DNA of 64,000 nt from Tubulanus polymorphus (Eukaryota > Animalia > Nemertea). How positions within the stretch are numbered: the stretch's first letter is position 1; each line of letters opens with the position of its first letter. The stretch lies in assembly GCF_964204645.1 (NCBI RefSeq), contig NC_134036.1, positions 3,472,001 through 3,536,000 of the forward strand, read 5' to 3'. Positions 47,030-59,844 of this stretch are shown piece by piece. Under the pieces are notes generated by a model. That model was given only the letters and a program-made list of their open reading frames with translations, did no database searches and was not told where the DNA came from. Made by a program: the position numbers and the translations under genes.

Positions 47030-49115
47030 CATGTCGGGATGCCACCGGTAGAAAAACACACAACATCTGCACGTCACCCATGCTCTAAGCCGGAGCAGGT
47101 GCTCTTGTAACCATGACAACGGCAATCGGTGCTCCGCGCGGAGTAGAGAAACACGGCAGATGGTCAGGCAGCCAGGCAGGCGGAGGTAGTACACAGCGAA
47201 ACCGGTACAGCCCGATAGGGACTCGAACAGCTGTTCCTACCCAGGTGTACAACGACGACGACGCGATTCAGCAGATTCAGCAGTATGGTGCGCCGACGAC
47301 GCACTGCCTGTAGCCTCTCTCCTCCACGGCTAAACACTCTCCCCATTACTTAACTACAACAACGAGGTCAAGGTGAAACGAATTATTACATCATTTATAC
47401 AGCTGCCTCTCCTGCTTTTTGTCGTAGTAGATATTATTAGGTCACATATTGGATAGGGTTTTTTTTAAAGCTAAGCGACGAACAGTAAATTTTTTTTTCA
47501 AAACAGATCTTCTCTCGTATGATCAGCTCTTATATAGTTTGAATGAACTCGAGAAGTTTTCATCCATTCACATTGAACTCCTTAGCTGTCGTTCCTGGAC
47601 ATACGGGGGTTTTGAAGGAGAAAATTTCAAAATTTCTAGGAAGCGTGTGCGTGATCAATTGCAGTAGACTCCTCATAAATCGGCACTGTTTATCCCTATA
47701 GTATTCTATCTTTATTTTATATGCTATACACTACGTAAACTTGGTTTCTAATTCGGTAACCGCCTAATTAGGTAAAAAATCCAGATCCCGACTGTCCCGA
47801 TGAAGGCGTAGTTAACAACTACAAACTAGACAAGAATTTCTAATTGCCTATTTCTCAAAATTGAAAGAGTTTTCGGACATTTAGTTCGAACTAAAGGAAT
47901 TTCAAGCGCCGTTGAAAGCAATTTCAATTTTGGAAGAGATTTCGAGGAATCGAGGAGTCGACTATGGACCGTGAAGCGATCGAATCGACGGCTTGAAAAC
48001 AACTGCAAATATGTTCGGCGCGGAGATAATTAAAAACTCGTACTCTATCTCTCTCTCTCTCGTAGTAAAACCCGGTTCACAAACTATATTCAATCGAACA
48101 GCCTACACGAGTAGAGTCGATATAGACACGAACCCCGGCGAACGGAATGAAGAACGCAGTTTACGTGCCTCTTTCGCGAAAAGCGGCCGAGCAGAAAATA
48201 TGCAATTACCGTAGTGACAATCGACTACAATGCGAAGCCAGGGCGCGTTTTTAAAAACACGACCGTTGAGTAAATAAACGTGCTTCGATCGCCAACTTTT
48301 AACAATCGCGTCATATGATCATATATCTATATACGAAATGACGGAATGAGTGAGGGGTGAGGGGACTGTTGTACGGTGTACTTCATTTAGTTCATCTGTA
48401 CTGCATTTATCGCTATTTAAGCATCCTCCCTCGGCAGGGATTCGAACCTGATGGCATCGCTACAGTCGACCACAGCGCGGACCCTGCCACACTAGACCCG
48501 GTGCCCAGGTATACGGGCAGATTTGCCATAAGAAATCCTGCGGCACCGATCAGTTGCTTGTATGGATCAACAATTCAATAACGTATGGAAAAACCGCGGG
48601 CTTAAATAAAAAGGGATTTCTTATTGGCTAATAATGACAGCAATGTAAGTGAGGCGCCCAGTCTAGTGGCAGGGTTTCGAATCCCCACCATCATTTAATA
48701 GTATAAGTCTGAATTGCTTTGGACAGTTTGCGACTGTTCTTCCGATAGTTGATCGGCGCGACTTGCGTTCTGGAAATCGCCCCCAACTATTTGTGAGCAG
48801 TAACTTTTTACAAACTCAATCAACTATTCGCGAAAAAATATGCGAATACTTTCAAAATCGGAAAAAGAGTTCTAATAGTTCATTATCAAGTGAACTTCTC
48901 ATTTTACTTTAAAAACTGTAAAAACTATTGAAATCAGAGATAGCGAGACTATTTAGCATTTGATTACAACGGAAAGTGCAATCTTCAACACTTCAATGCT
49001 ATCGATACTGGCCACATAGAATATCTAACGACAAGGACAGAATTTTAGTGTGGTTACAATCAAGGTAATTGGTTATGTAATTGGTTATAATCAAGGTAAC
49101 ATGATTTTTAACGAA

Positions 49116-49282
49116 GGGATCATTCATTAATTACGTACGCATAAAATTTGAATTTTCCAACTCCCCTCCTCCCCCTCTGTACGCAAAATCGGCCATTTTT
49201 TCGTATACATTAAGCATTACAGTACGCGATTGCAGTGATCCCTCCCCCTCCCCTAATGCGTACGTAATATATGAATGACCCC
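49116..49282. mobile_element. MITE with about 27-bp TIRs and GAA flanks; truncated copy at about 18947-19110
   Basis: GGGATCATTCATTAATTACGTACGCAT and ATGCGTACGTAATATATGAATGACCCC; GAA at 49113-49115 and 49283-49285. Confidence 0.78.
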
Positions 49283-50317
49283 GAAACAAATTACGAAGAA
49301 ACAACAAAAAAATTTGACCTATGAGACGAAGAATAGTTAAGAATACTTCGAGGACAGGATCGTGTTGGTATTATTAATATTACCGCGATTCAAAGTGAAA
49401 AACGACTACGACGACATACTCCAGTTTTTCGAGAGGTCCGCGCGATGTCGACGAGAGCGATTATTCGAAGGAGATAAAAAACAAGTTCGTTCCCTTTCGT
49501 CGTCGCGCGTAACGCAGACCCGCGACTAAAACTGGTCTGACAATGTCTCTATTGACGATGACGGAAATATAATTATTCGGTAAATTATCCAGCCGTCCGT
49601 CAAAAAACCGTACGGGACGTAATTAACGCCGGCGCCCGCCAGAGCTCGATTGAAAAGTTAAACTGGTATTTTTTTTTTCTTTTTAGGAATTTGTTTAGAC
49701 AGACAATTGAACCAGATATTAACCGCGCAGAAAAGACAGTATTTCATCCTCTGTCCCTGAAAAAAGCGAACAGTTTTTTTTTGACAAGTTGGAGCTTATT
49801 CTCAGCGGTCATTGAAAATTTCGAAACCGAATAACCTTCGGGAAACGTCGCGAGAAAATCTTAAGAGATCGATCGCGAATCAGGCGCAAGTATTCTCAAA
49901 TAAGAAAAGATCAACAGATCCGTGGACTATCATTCTTCTACATGTCCGGAAGGGTCTGACTTGAGCAGAGTTTTCACTATATTGTCAAAGTCTGTTATAA
50001 AGCCATCCTATTTAATGCCCCTGTTCGCTTAACGCTAACATTTTTGTGAGAGCGAATTTTCCCGATCTTATTCAAATTCGACGAAAATACCATTATTTAC
50101 AACACGGCCAAAATGATTTCCATTCGGTACAAACAGCGGTGTTATAAAGGAATTCTACTATATCGTCAAACTCTGATATTATCGTCATTCAAGACCCGAC
50201 AAATCTCAACGAGGTCTTCTGTTTAGCACCCAACTCGGGATTCGCTTAAAAATTTCCGCTTCCCAAAAAACCTGACAAGTCTGGTGCCATCGCAGCACCA
50301 GCAGCGGGCTACCATAC

Positions 50318-50433
50318 CGAAATACTGGCCACCATGACGGTCTACAACGACGACACCGACGACGACACTGCTGTTGTTATTACTGATGTGGTGGTCGTGT
50401 AACAGGTGGCCGCGCACAGCTGTCGTCAAAACG
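50318..50433 (-). other. Possible upstream (5' UTR) exon of the E-protein gene
   Basis: ttgttcgttgcag acceptor and TCG|gtatgg donor bound a GC-rich 116-nt block 8.5 kb upstream of the AD1 exon; no transcript evidence. Confidence 0.25.
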
Positions 50434-51380
50434 CTGCAACGAACAATTCATAGTTTAGTCATATACAACAATACACCGTACGCGTAGGGGAAAAACTGCC
50501 TGCCGCACGACACCGCAGCCATCGCGATCAAAACACGAACCGTTCAGATAACGGCAGATATTTACACGTGTCATTTTAAAAACCTGAATCCAGATCTGCT
50601 CTGATTAAGATTTCGTATCAGTGTCGTTCGTACCTAAATGTCGAGCGTGGTATTTTTACATTTCGTGTACATGTACTTAAAATGCGCTGTATAAGCGGCG
50701 CAATCTGCGTCTAATTCGAAAGCTTTTTTAAACCCCAAAAGCATATGCACGTTTCGTTTAAAAGTCGACTGGAAGCCGAGATTTATTTTTTTTTCAATTC
50801 GAATTATAATCATCGAAAACACGAAACTACTTTCCAAACACTTTGCCTCTGAACCGGACAACTGGTGCTGATTGCGAGCACTAAATATTGCTAGCTAAAA
50901 AGTCAACGCGCAGCATAGATGAATTCTTTACAAATTATCGAATACAAGAATTGATAGTTGAGAACTTTCTCCAAGCAATCCGCCTCTGGACCAGAAAACT
51001 GGCCCTTATTGCGAGAAAAAAAATAAACAGTCCTAGCTTCTGGCCAGCATTATCAAAGCAATTGCAGGCATATATACTGACGTAAGTCCTGTGTGTAATG
51101 GTGGTTTTTGAAACTTATGAGGACAGGAAAATCAAAGACGTTAGCCAAACATTATCACAGCACGACTGCGATGGTCACTCTGACTTCAAGTTTACTGCAA
51201 AACTAACTCACATTCGCCGAGTCGGGTGACATAGAAATGTAAACACAGGTTCATGAAACCATCAATTACTGATAGATAAGATAAAACATGATTGATCGAT
51301 TATCAGAATTAGGGTAAACAATTGATAATGAAATCATCATAGCTTAAAAATCGTCCCTCGTCGGGAATCTAATTAATTCA

Positions 51381-51499
<119 letters not shown>

Positions 51500-54384
51500 C
51501 AGTGATAGGTTTAAGGGCGTGTATAACAGTGATGGCTATTTAGGTAAGAAATCCATTCTAAAAATATCCGTCTAGGAAATCAAAAGCTGCTAGAAATAAA
51601 GCCGAAGCAGCCTGCCTATAGATGTTACTAAACAAATCGATTAGATACACAATTCTCCATTACGCTGTATTTGTCACTATGTCCATACAATGTATCATCA
51701 AGTGGAGAGCTTCATGTATCGCGAGAAAGAAATAGTGAATGTCGCTCTTTGAAATTGGAAATGAACGATGAACTTCGAACTAGGTTCCGGTCACTGTGTA
51801 TATCCCCATCGAACCGGGTCAGAACCACCAGGTCGGATCATAATGATCAATCTCCCCAGGTCTGATACTACCTATCATCCTAACCAGCATCATTCACTCA
51901 ATACGAAATAATATTCCAGGTTGCGGGGATCACAGTACAAGGGGGATTCCAAAACTAACGTGCTAATCTGACCCGACTAACTTCAACAAAATATCGAATG
52001 AGATGATGTATTGCGAAGTAACATTCTATAAACTATGACATACATTTAAACAGAAGCTCGTTTCCAAATGCAAGCGGTTAAAGAAATTGGGACACAAAAA
52101 TAGGAGAGAGGGAGAACGAAATACTTGATAGAGGAAAGAGAGGTATTCTCATCATCATCAACACACCAATACATTACACGCATACAACAGAGAGGGATGA
52201 TTGAGAAGAGGAGAGCGATCATCAACTTTACCTTCACAATATATCCTATCCGTAACCGCAACCGAGTCCAGCTCGGGATCAACACCGACGACGACGGGAT
52301 CAATAGAGGCGAACCAGATCGATAATCCGTGATGGCGAACGCGTTAATCCGGCTGATCGGGATTAAAAATAATATTCAGGGGATGATAGTTAATGTATCT
52401 ATCGCGGCGGTGTGTAGGTAGCCTAGGTCTCGCACGATGAGTTCACTATGAACGACTATACTCTTTGTGGAGAGCCGTATCACTGCTGTTGAACGCGCGC
52501 AACGATATCGCATCCATGTTTTCAAACTAACGCTCGAACCCGAATCGTCGATATACGACCGCGAATTCGCTCCTTTAGTCTAATCACGAATACATGTATC
52601 TTCTACCGTTGAAAACCGCTAGAAAATCGCTGCCCGAGATCGCGATCGGTGCTTGTTTACGTGGCGCTTTTTGCGAGCGTATTGATACGAGATTCGCGTC
52701 GCGTGAACGGGTTTCAATTCGAAGAGGTTTGATTGGCGGCCGGAACAGCGCGATTAGCCAATCGTTATCGGCGCATCGGGTTGTAAGGTGTCGCCCTCGC
52801 GTGGCCAACAAAACAATTATGCAGATTACTCGGGCCGTTACGGTTACCCTCCCGCTTCAGTTTACAGCGCCGTATCCGCTCGCATCTGCCTCTGGTGGCT
52901 GCATCGATGCGTCAATCTTTTCATTACGAGTCAGAAATGACTGGAATAAATGTGATAAATATACACAAAGACACGGAGTTTTTAAATTTTTTTTCTTTTA
53001 GGATTACTAGCGATATCCGTAGGGTTGAACATACGAAATAGAAAATGTAAACAATACTGGCACACCCCACAGTCGACCCTCCCACTGGACTGCTGACCGC
53101 TAGAATTATTGTCAGCACCAATATTCACCCGATAAATAATATGTCTTTAAATATGAACGGGCAACCGAAATAAAGCAACTGGATTCCAATGATTGAGATT
53201 GTTTTCAGTTTGCCAGCATAAGTGCCGGGAATTCCCATAACCCTGATATTTGCCTTATTATCTTTATCATATTAAATCCAATTATTTTGTATGTTTGTAC
53301 TCACGTGCTCTATGCAAATCATGTTTTGTGGACACCGAGATATGAATACGAATATTTTAGAAATATGTAAGTAAACTAATTGATAAAGATGTTCTACAAG
53401 TCGAGTCCTAAATAGATGTTTTTGATGTAACTTATGCTTGAACTTTTATTCCATTGCTCCATAATATAACAAAACTTACATAGGCTATAAAATAATACGT
53501 TGCATGTGTAAATGTGGTTCGTCACAAATTAACTAGCCCAACTTTTCTTTGTATTTGAGTCAGTGTGTTTGCGTTGAGCTGTTTGCCTTCGATAATTTTT
53601 GTTTTCATACATGTTTTACAGGTAATAATTCAATTTTCGTCACAAACTGCGGCCAGCCCGCGTGATTACGTATTTGAGCCAACGTTTGCGTTAAGTGTTT
53701 GTCTTTCAACGGATTGTCCTCGAACATCATTGAATTCTTCTCATCTGTTGTTTCAACTAAAGCAATTAATTTGTTTATTACGCTCTAACACAAACTTGTC
53801 CCTAATACTACTCTTTTTAATCACGAATATTGAGTATTTCATGGAACAAAGCGTTTGGTGAAAATTGATCTTAATTTCCCTGTGACAATTGCACGCTTGC
53901 GTCAGCCCCCCCCCTCCCTCCCCGTGTCGATGTAGACAGGGACGCATACGTACTCATTATGATATCTTTATGAAATCATTCTCTTTTACTTAATGAAATT
54001 AATGAATTAGCTTTAACTTGAATATCGCGGGTGCTTTTGAAATTAATCTTTCCACGAAAGTTTCTACGGAAAATGATTTAACCAGAAAGCGAAAAGAATA
54101 TACACATATTGAAATGTTTGATTTTTGAGCGATGTTCATATTTGTTCATTTAGCTTCGCTAAGATTAGATGATATGTCGTAACAGTTTTATATTCAGTAA
54201 TATTACAAAAGAATCCTCTAAATTTCGAAGTTTTAACGATTTTTGTCTTTGACGATAAGGTCCTTTGATACCATTCATTGAGATACTACGTCATGCACAG
54301 AGCATTCAGCAGAGACCGTAGTTTAAACCCGAACCAACTCCAAACCCGTTCAGTTATCCATGGACTACTCTAAAACGTTCTTAA

Positions 54385-57177
54385 GGTAGCAGTACCCCAA
54401 TAAAGTTAAATTTTCTTCAAATTTATTTTTTTGTAAAATCTAATAGTTTAATATGTTAACTTTGATAATCAATGTGTTTTTAGGGTGAACAATCACTCAA
54501 ACCATGTTTAATTAGCACTAATTAAAATTAAGCCCTTCTTTTGTTTTATGAAATACCTCCCTAGCAACGCATTTGGCCCTTGGATACGGGTATTTCAAAA
54601 AATTATTTTTCAAAAATTCAAAAACCTGGGGTTTGAACCCAATGTGTTCTACCTAGTTTACATATTTCTAAACAGATGGCAGCACCTCCTGGTGTATGGT
54701 AGTCCACTGAATGCTGTGTACTAACTTGTCTCAGTTGAAAGTAAATAGTGAACTTTAGCGTCAATTTTTTGTATGATTCAGACAAAATCAAGTGGATTCT
54801 GATCTATTACTGGTATTGTAAACACTATAAAACTATATTATAGTTATAATGGGCGATAAAAAACGTTCTGGCAGGAGAAAAAAACGAACTTTTAGTGGAG
54901 CTGCACCAAAGAAAAAATCCAAGATGGCGGCGCCCATGACTCCTGTGGCTAATGCAGCAAGTAGCGCAAAAATTGGTGAAAACTTGTCCCAAACACCATT
55001 GAATGACACTGAAAAGTATATCAAAGAAGGGTTCATCCTTATTGACAGTAGTATACTATGTGAAAACTTGTCAAAATTGGTAAAATGTCATCAATGTGGT
55101 AGTAGTAATGTGGAATGTCAAATCGACCGAGATGCTAAACAAGGCCTTGCTCATAGAATTTCTTTAAAATGTGATGCATGTGAAGAATCTGTGAGTAGTT
55201 TTGAAACTTCCAAAAAGACTGACGAAGGCAAATCTTCTACATATGAAGTGAATATACGAATGGTTTCGTTTGTTCGCGGAATAGGAAAGTCATATGATAC
55301 CATCACTCAGTTCTCAACATATTTTAACTCTCCGCTACCAATGACAAGAAAAAGCTACCAACGCCTTCTAAAGCGTAATCATGCGGTAAATAAAGCTGTT
55401 GCCCTTGATAGCATGAAGGCTGCTGCAGCAGAAGTAAAAACTAAAGTTGGACGTGACTGCACAGTGTCCGTAGATGGTACATGGCAGCGCCGAGGACACG
55501 CAAGTCACCACGGCATTGTTTCAGTTATTTCTTCAGACACAGGTAAATGTCTAGATGCTGAAGCAATGTCAAACATCTGTCATGGCTGTGTGAAATGGCA
55601 GAATGCCGATAAGCAAAGTGAGAGGTATCTAAAGTGGAGAGCTGACCACAAATGTTCAATGAACCACACTGGTACAGCTAATTCAATGGAATCAGTAGGC
55701 GCTGTTCGAATATTTGGGCGCTCCGAACTTTTCAACGACCTAAGATATGTCAACTATCTAGGTGATGGCGATTCATCTGCGTTCAAAACTGTTGCGGACT
55801 CGAAACCGTATGATTGTGACATCCAAAAGTTAGAATGTATTGGCCACGTCCAAAAACGCGTTGGTGCCCGGCTCCGAAAACTCAAAACCAATATGAAAGG
55901 TAAAAAGCTAGCTGACGGCAAAGGCATAGGTGGTTTAGGTCGTTTGACAAAAATGAAGATTGATGTTCTGCAGAACTATTTTGGACTTGCCATACGACAA
56001 AACACCGGAAATCTGATAGACATGCAGAACAATCTGATGGCAAGTTTATACCATGTCGCAAGTACTGATGAAAATCCGAATCATCACAAATGCCCTAGTG
56101 GCGACGACACATGGTGTAAATTCAATAAGGACCCAAATTTCAAACACAAACATGGTTTACCAGGTGCCATCCTAGACATCATAGAGCCTATATATGATGA
56201 TCTTACTGATGCCTCACTCCTAGCTAAATGTCTCCATGGTATGACTCAAAACAACAACGAGTGCCTGAATAAGCTCATTTGGGATCGCTGCCCAAAAGAG
56301 ATATTTGTGGGTAACCTTGTGATTGAGGATGGTTTATATAGTGCGATTAGTTACTTTAATGATGGTGGATTATCTGTTTACCGGCTTTTAGAAGGGCTTA
56401 AACTCAATCCAGGATATTACACAACAATCGGTCTGCGTCGAAGTGACAATGCCCGCATATATCATTCCAGACGAAAAAGTCTGGATGAATCGAAAAGTCG
56501 TCGAAAAATTATTCGTGGCAAGAAAAAACACTTTCAGGACACTAAAGAAGCACAAGAGGGCGATACCTACAGTAAAGGTGGACACTGACTCGTTTCAGTA
56601 GTGCATTGTACATCATATATTGAAAAATACACTAGAAATCCATTACATTTCCATATTCCCTTGTTTTTAATGTCGATTTTCTCGGAACCATTGGTAGCAA
56701 TACTTCAAACATCATATCTTTGTCAGTTTTCATTCAATTCCCTTGAAATTTGGAATACAACAGCTTGACTATACACATGAAGGAATGACGAGAGCTTTTG
56801 TTGATACTTTTGTTTGAAAGGGTCCTATTTGGCCCATGAATATCTAATTAGGTCAAAAAATTCATGATTTTTAGAAATTTTGGCTTTTTTTCTTTTAGAA
56901 TTGAAATTTCAAAAAGTTCTCTCGTCAGATCATTCAGGATACTATGATGATTAAAGAATTTAAATTTCATAACGTTGTGATGAATACTTTTTAAGATATG
57001 CTGTTTGACGAATTGCTGAATTTTCTGATATTGGCGGCCATCTTGGATGCTAATTTGCATAATTTATGCATAAATTTTTTTAGACTCATTAATTAATGTG
57101 TTGTTATTTCATTGGTATTGATAACTTTTTATAATATCATAAGGCATTCTACTTAAGTTCTGTGGGGTACTGCTACC
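54385..57177 (+). mobile_element. Kolobok-like DDE DNA transposon, apparently intact (2793 bp)
   Basis: Perfect 15-bp TIRs GGTAGCAGTACCCCA (54385-54399) and TGGGGTACTGCTACC (57163-57177); TTAA on both sides (54381-54384, 57178-57181). GG...CC termini with a TTAA target fit Kolobok rather than piggyBac. AT-rich subterminal regions flank one long ORF. Confidence 0.88.
54849..56588 (+). CDS. DDE transposase, 579 aa (Kolobok-type; family often annotated Mutator-like transposase)
   Basis: Uninterrupted ORF with an N-terminal basic NLS (KKRSGRRKKR), a CxxC...CxxC zinc-binding pair (CHQC, CDAC), catalytic-type motifs VSVDGTWQRRG, YLGDGDS, KLECIGHVQKR and TQNNNE, and a basic C-terminus ending EGDTYSKGGH; enclosed by the TIRs. 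Confidence 0.92.
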   Translation: MGDKKRSGRRKKRTFSGAAPKKKSKMAAPMTPVANAASSAKIGENLSQTPLNDTEKYIKEGFILIDSSILCENLSKLVKCHQCGSSNVECQIDRDAKQGLAHRISLKCDACEESVSSFETSKKTDEGKSSTYEVNIRMVSFVRGIGKSYDTITQFSTYFNSPLPMTRKSYQRLLKRNHAVNKAVALDSMKAAAAEVKTKVGRDCTVSVDGTWQRRGHASHHGIVSVISSDTGKCLDAEAMSNICHGCVKWQNADKQSERYLKWRADHKCSMNHTGTANSMESVGAVRIFGRSELFNDLRYVNYLGDGDSSAFKTVADSKPYDCDIQKLECIGHVQKRVGARLRKLKTNMKGKKLADGKGIGGLGRLTKMKIDVLQNYFGLAIRQNTGNLIDMQNNLMASLYHVASTDENPNHHKCPSGDDTWCKFNKDPNFKHKHGLPGAILDIIEPIYDDLTDASLLAKCLHGMTQNNNECLNKLIWDRCPKEIFVGNLVIEDGLYSAISYFNDGGLSVYRLLEGLKLNPGYYTTIGLRRSDNARIYHSRRKSLDESKSRRKIIRGKKKHFQDTKEAQEGDTYSKGGH

Positions 57178-59228
57178 TTAAACGTTTTGTTTTAGAGTCC
57201 ACGATCTATGGTACGGCGTACGAGAATCCTTGATTAGTTATAGCTTAATCCGCTAGGTAGCGATACTTCCTAATGCGCGCAACTTACTACTCATATTTAG
57301 ATACATTTTTAAAGTTTTCGCTGTATAAAGTAATCTTTATTACTTCATAACTAGCTTAATTCATCAAAATAGGTATTGATAAACAAAGATACCTCAATTA
57401 CTGCGAATATTCTAGATAGTATGTGTGCATTTTGTTTTTTAGAATGCTTTAGTTTAGGTTTTTGTAAATACTTTATTTTCCACCATGAACCATGGTTGGA
57501 GTGTAAATCAACATAAATTCTATTTTGCGCTATGCACATAATGAATCGTTTTATGCTGAATTCTGTAAATATGAATATATGTTCGGTATATTACTCTTAG
57601 CTATAGTCACAATTTTTAATCAACTTCCGTAAACTCACACGTATCCATGATATTTCCACCAGGATTGGAGTTAATTCAAAATAAGATTTGATTATGATAT
57701 ATTTTTGCATGAATATTGTTACAGAGTTTACATATAATTACACAATTTAAACCTTATTCCTTTAGGAATTCAGTGTTTGTAGAACCACTTTGACAATTTG
57801 TAAAAAAAACCTGCAAGATACAGAATGAAATAATGCAAGGGTTTATCTATGGCGAAAATCGTGACGAAAACAAACCATCAGTAATAAAACTTCATTTCAT
57901 CAGACGCAAAGTTTTAATGAATATGCTCCTAAACACATATACGTAACACTCCGACTGAGAAATCAAAGAAGTTTTGTTTATTTTTGTATAAGTTCAGAAC
58001 TTAAGATCATACAAGCAACTCGAAAAAAACATCTCCTATTTCCATTTGTTCAAAATATGCAACTGACGAACAAAAATATGCTTCAAAAATACACGGCAAA
58101 ACGCGTAACCTGTTAATCAACCACCAGCAGAACGATTTCGATTATAATTTCATACGATATCTTTTGCTTTTAAGGTATATTGAGTTTATTTGACAGATTA
58201 ACTAGAAATACCAAAACGTCGTATAAATCAAAACCTGTGTAGGATACTTCAAACTTTTAGGTCAATTCAGTTCGATGACGATTCAACGAATTTTCTGCTA
58301 TATGTCTGTGAAATTTGTAGATCAGATTGAATTCATTATCTAAAATGATTGATAATAACAATATTCTATATGTGTTTTACACAAAAAAACCAAGATAATC
58401 GGAGGAAATTGTGATTTTGATGCGAATATTCGTATTGGCTTGGTTCCGACTTCGGCATCGGTTAGTCGATTCACTACACAGTCGATCGAGCGCGTTTCTT
58501 GGTGTCCCGCGGCTGAATATTCGTCGAAAATACCCAATTCACAATAATCCTACTTTCAAAAGCATATTCTGATATCGGAGAATATTTTCTATGTCCAATC
58601 GAGGGCGTTTTCGAGTGGAATTCGAGTTTAATTCGGGAACGTCCGCGTATCCCGATCCGACAAAATGGCCGACCCGGGCGGGTTGTGTTTTTGCCTGGTC
58701 GGAAATAGGAGTATAATTCTCGCATAAATAACCAATCGATTCGCACGAAACTTCGCCCAGTAACACAAGACAACTATATCTTCGATTTGCAAAAAAGAAA
58801 AGTTGAAAAAAATAATTCCGTCCGAGTGAATCAAGCGTTTTAAAACGTCATTTAAGATTTCCGATAAGCGTAGCCGCGACGTACGGCCTAATTTCGATAC
58901 GATAAGCCGATCCGATCGGAACGAAATTTATACCGTCGGAAAGCCAAGGTCGTTAGCTTTCGAACGCTGTACGAATCGCGAAAATCGGCGCCGTAATTTC
59001 GATAGAAAAGTGATTTTAATTCGCGCTAGTGAACACAAACCGTATCGGCCGAACGAATCGAGCAACGCGTCAGCCGTCTGCGACGCACAGGCGGTACGAT
59101 CGCGTCGGCAATAGTAGAATTAGTATCGACGCGTTCAGCGGCGGAGCCATTACTCGCTACTCGCTCAGCGCTTCATCGATAACTCTCTCTACGCAGTCTA
59201 CGACTCGACTTCTCCAACCGCTTTAACT

Positions 59229-59801
59229 ATGTCTGACGCAGCATCTCCGAAGAAGGCCGCCGCCGCCGCCGCCAAGAAGGTCGCCAAGCCGAAAGCTCAA
59301 CACCCGTCCACCGCCGTCATGGTGAAAGCCGCCATCAGCAACCTGGCCAGCAAGACCGGTTCGTCGTTAGTGGCCATCAAGAACTACATCGAGGCCAACT
59401 ACAAGGGCATCGACATGCAACGCCAGAGCCGATTCATCCGAACCAACTTGTCCGACGGAGTCGTCAAAGGCATCTACGTCCGACACCAGGGAAAAGGCAC
59501 CGGCGCCTCGGGTAGCTTCCGCCTGAGCCAGGACACGAAGAAGGCCGAGAAAGCAGCAGCCAAACCAAAGCCGGCGAAGAAACCAGCCGCCAAGAAGGCA
59601 GACGCCGCTGCCAAGAAACCGGCCGCTAAGAAGAAGGCCACTACTGCCAAGAAAACCGCCACCGCCAAGAAGACGAAGTCGCCGGCCAAGAAAGCAGCCA
59701 AGCCGAAGAAGGCTAAGTCTCCAGCAAAGAAGAAGCCCGCTGCGAAGTCCGCCGCCAAAAAGAAGACACCAGCCAAGGGAAAGAAACCAGCCAAGAAGTA
59801 A
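59229..59801 (+). CDS. H1: Linker histone H1, intronless, 190 aa
   Basis: Globular domain HPSTAVMVKAAI...GSSLVAIKNYIEANY...KGTGASGSFRL; Lys/Ala/Pro-rich C-terminal tail with KSPAK and TPAK motifs; N-terminal SPKK; GC-rich codons. Confidence 0.97.
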   Translation: MSDAASPKKAAAAAAKKVAKPKAQHPSTAVMVKAAISNLASKTGSSLVAIKNYIEANYKGIDMQRQSRFIRTNLSDGVVKGIYVRHQGKGTGASGSFRLSQDTKKAEKAAAKPKPAKKPAAKKADAAAKKPAAKKKATTAKKTATAKKTKSPAKKAAKPKKAKSPAKKKPAAKSAAKKKTPAKGKKPAKK

Positions 59802-59844
59802 TTCTTCACTTTAGCTGCTGGGTTTTTGTTTCTTTTGAAACCGA

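Noticed and set aside
46530-47194. Long Ser/Leu ORFs of 174-216 aa
   Set aside because: They are translations of the (GA)n microsatellite.
48648-48692. tRNA-like stretch ending GGTTTCGAATCCCCACCA
   Set aside because: Too short, with no cloverleaf or anticodon arm; at most a SINE remnant.
54385-57177. piggyBac assignment for the TTAA element
   Set aside because: The termini are GG...CC rather than CC...GG, and the protein lacks piggyBac DDD motifs and the C-terminal cysteine-rich domain.
59474-59809. 111-aa Phe/Leu/Ala-rich minus-strand ORF
   Set aside because: Antisense shadow of the Lys/Ala codons of the H1 tail.
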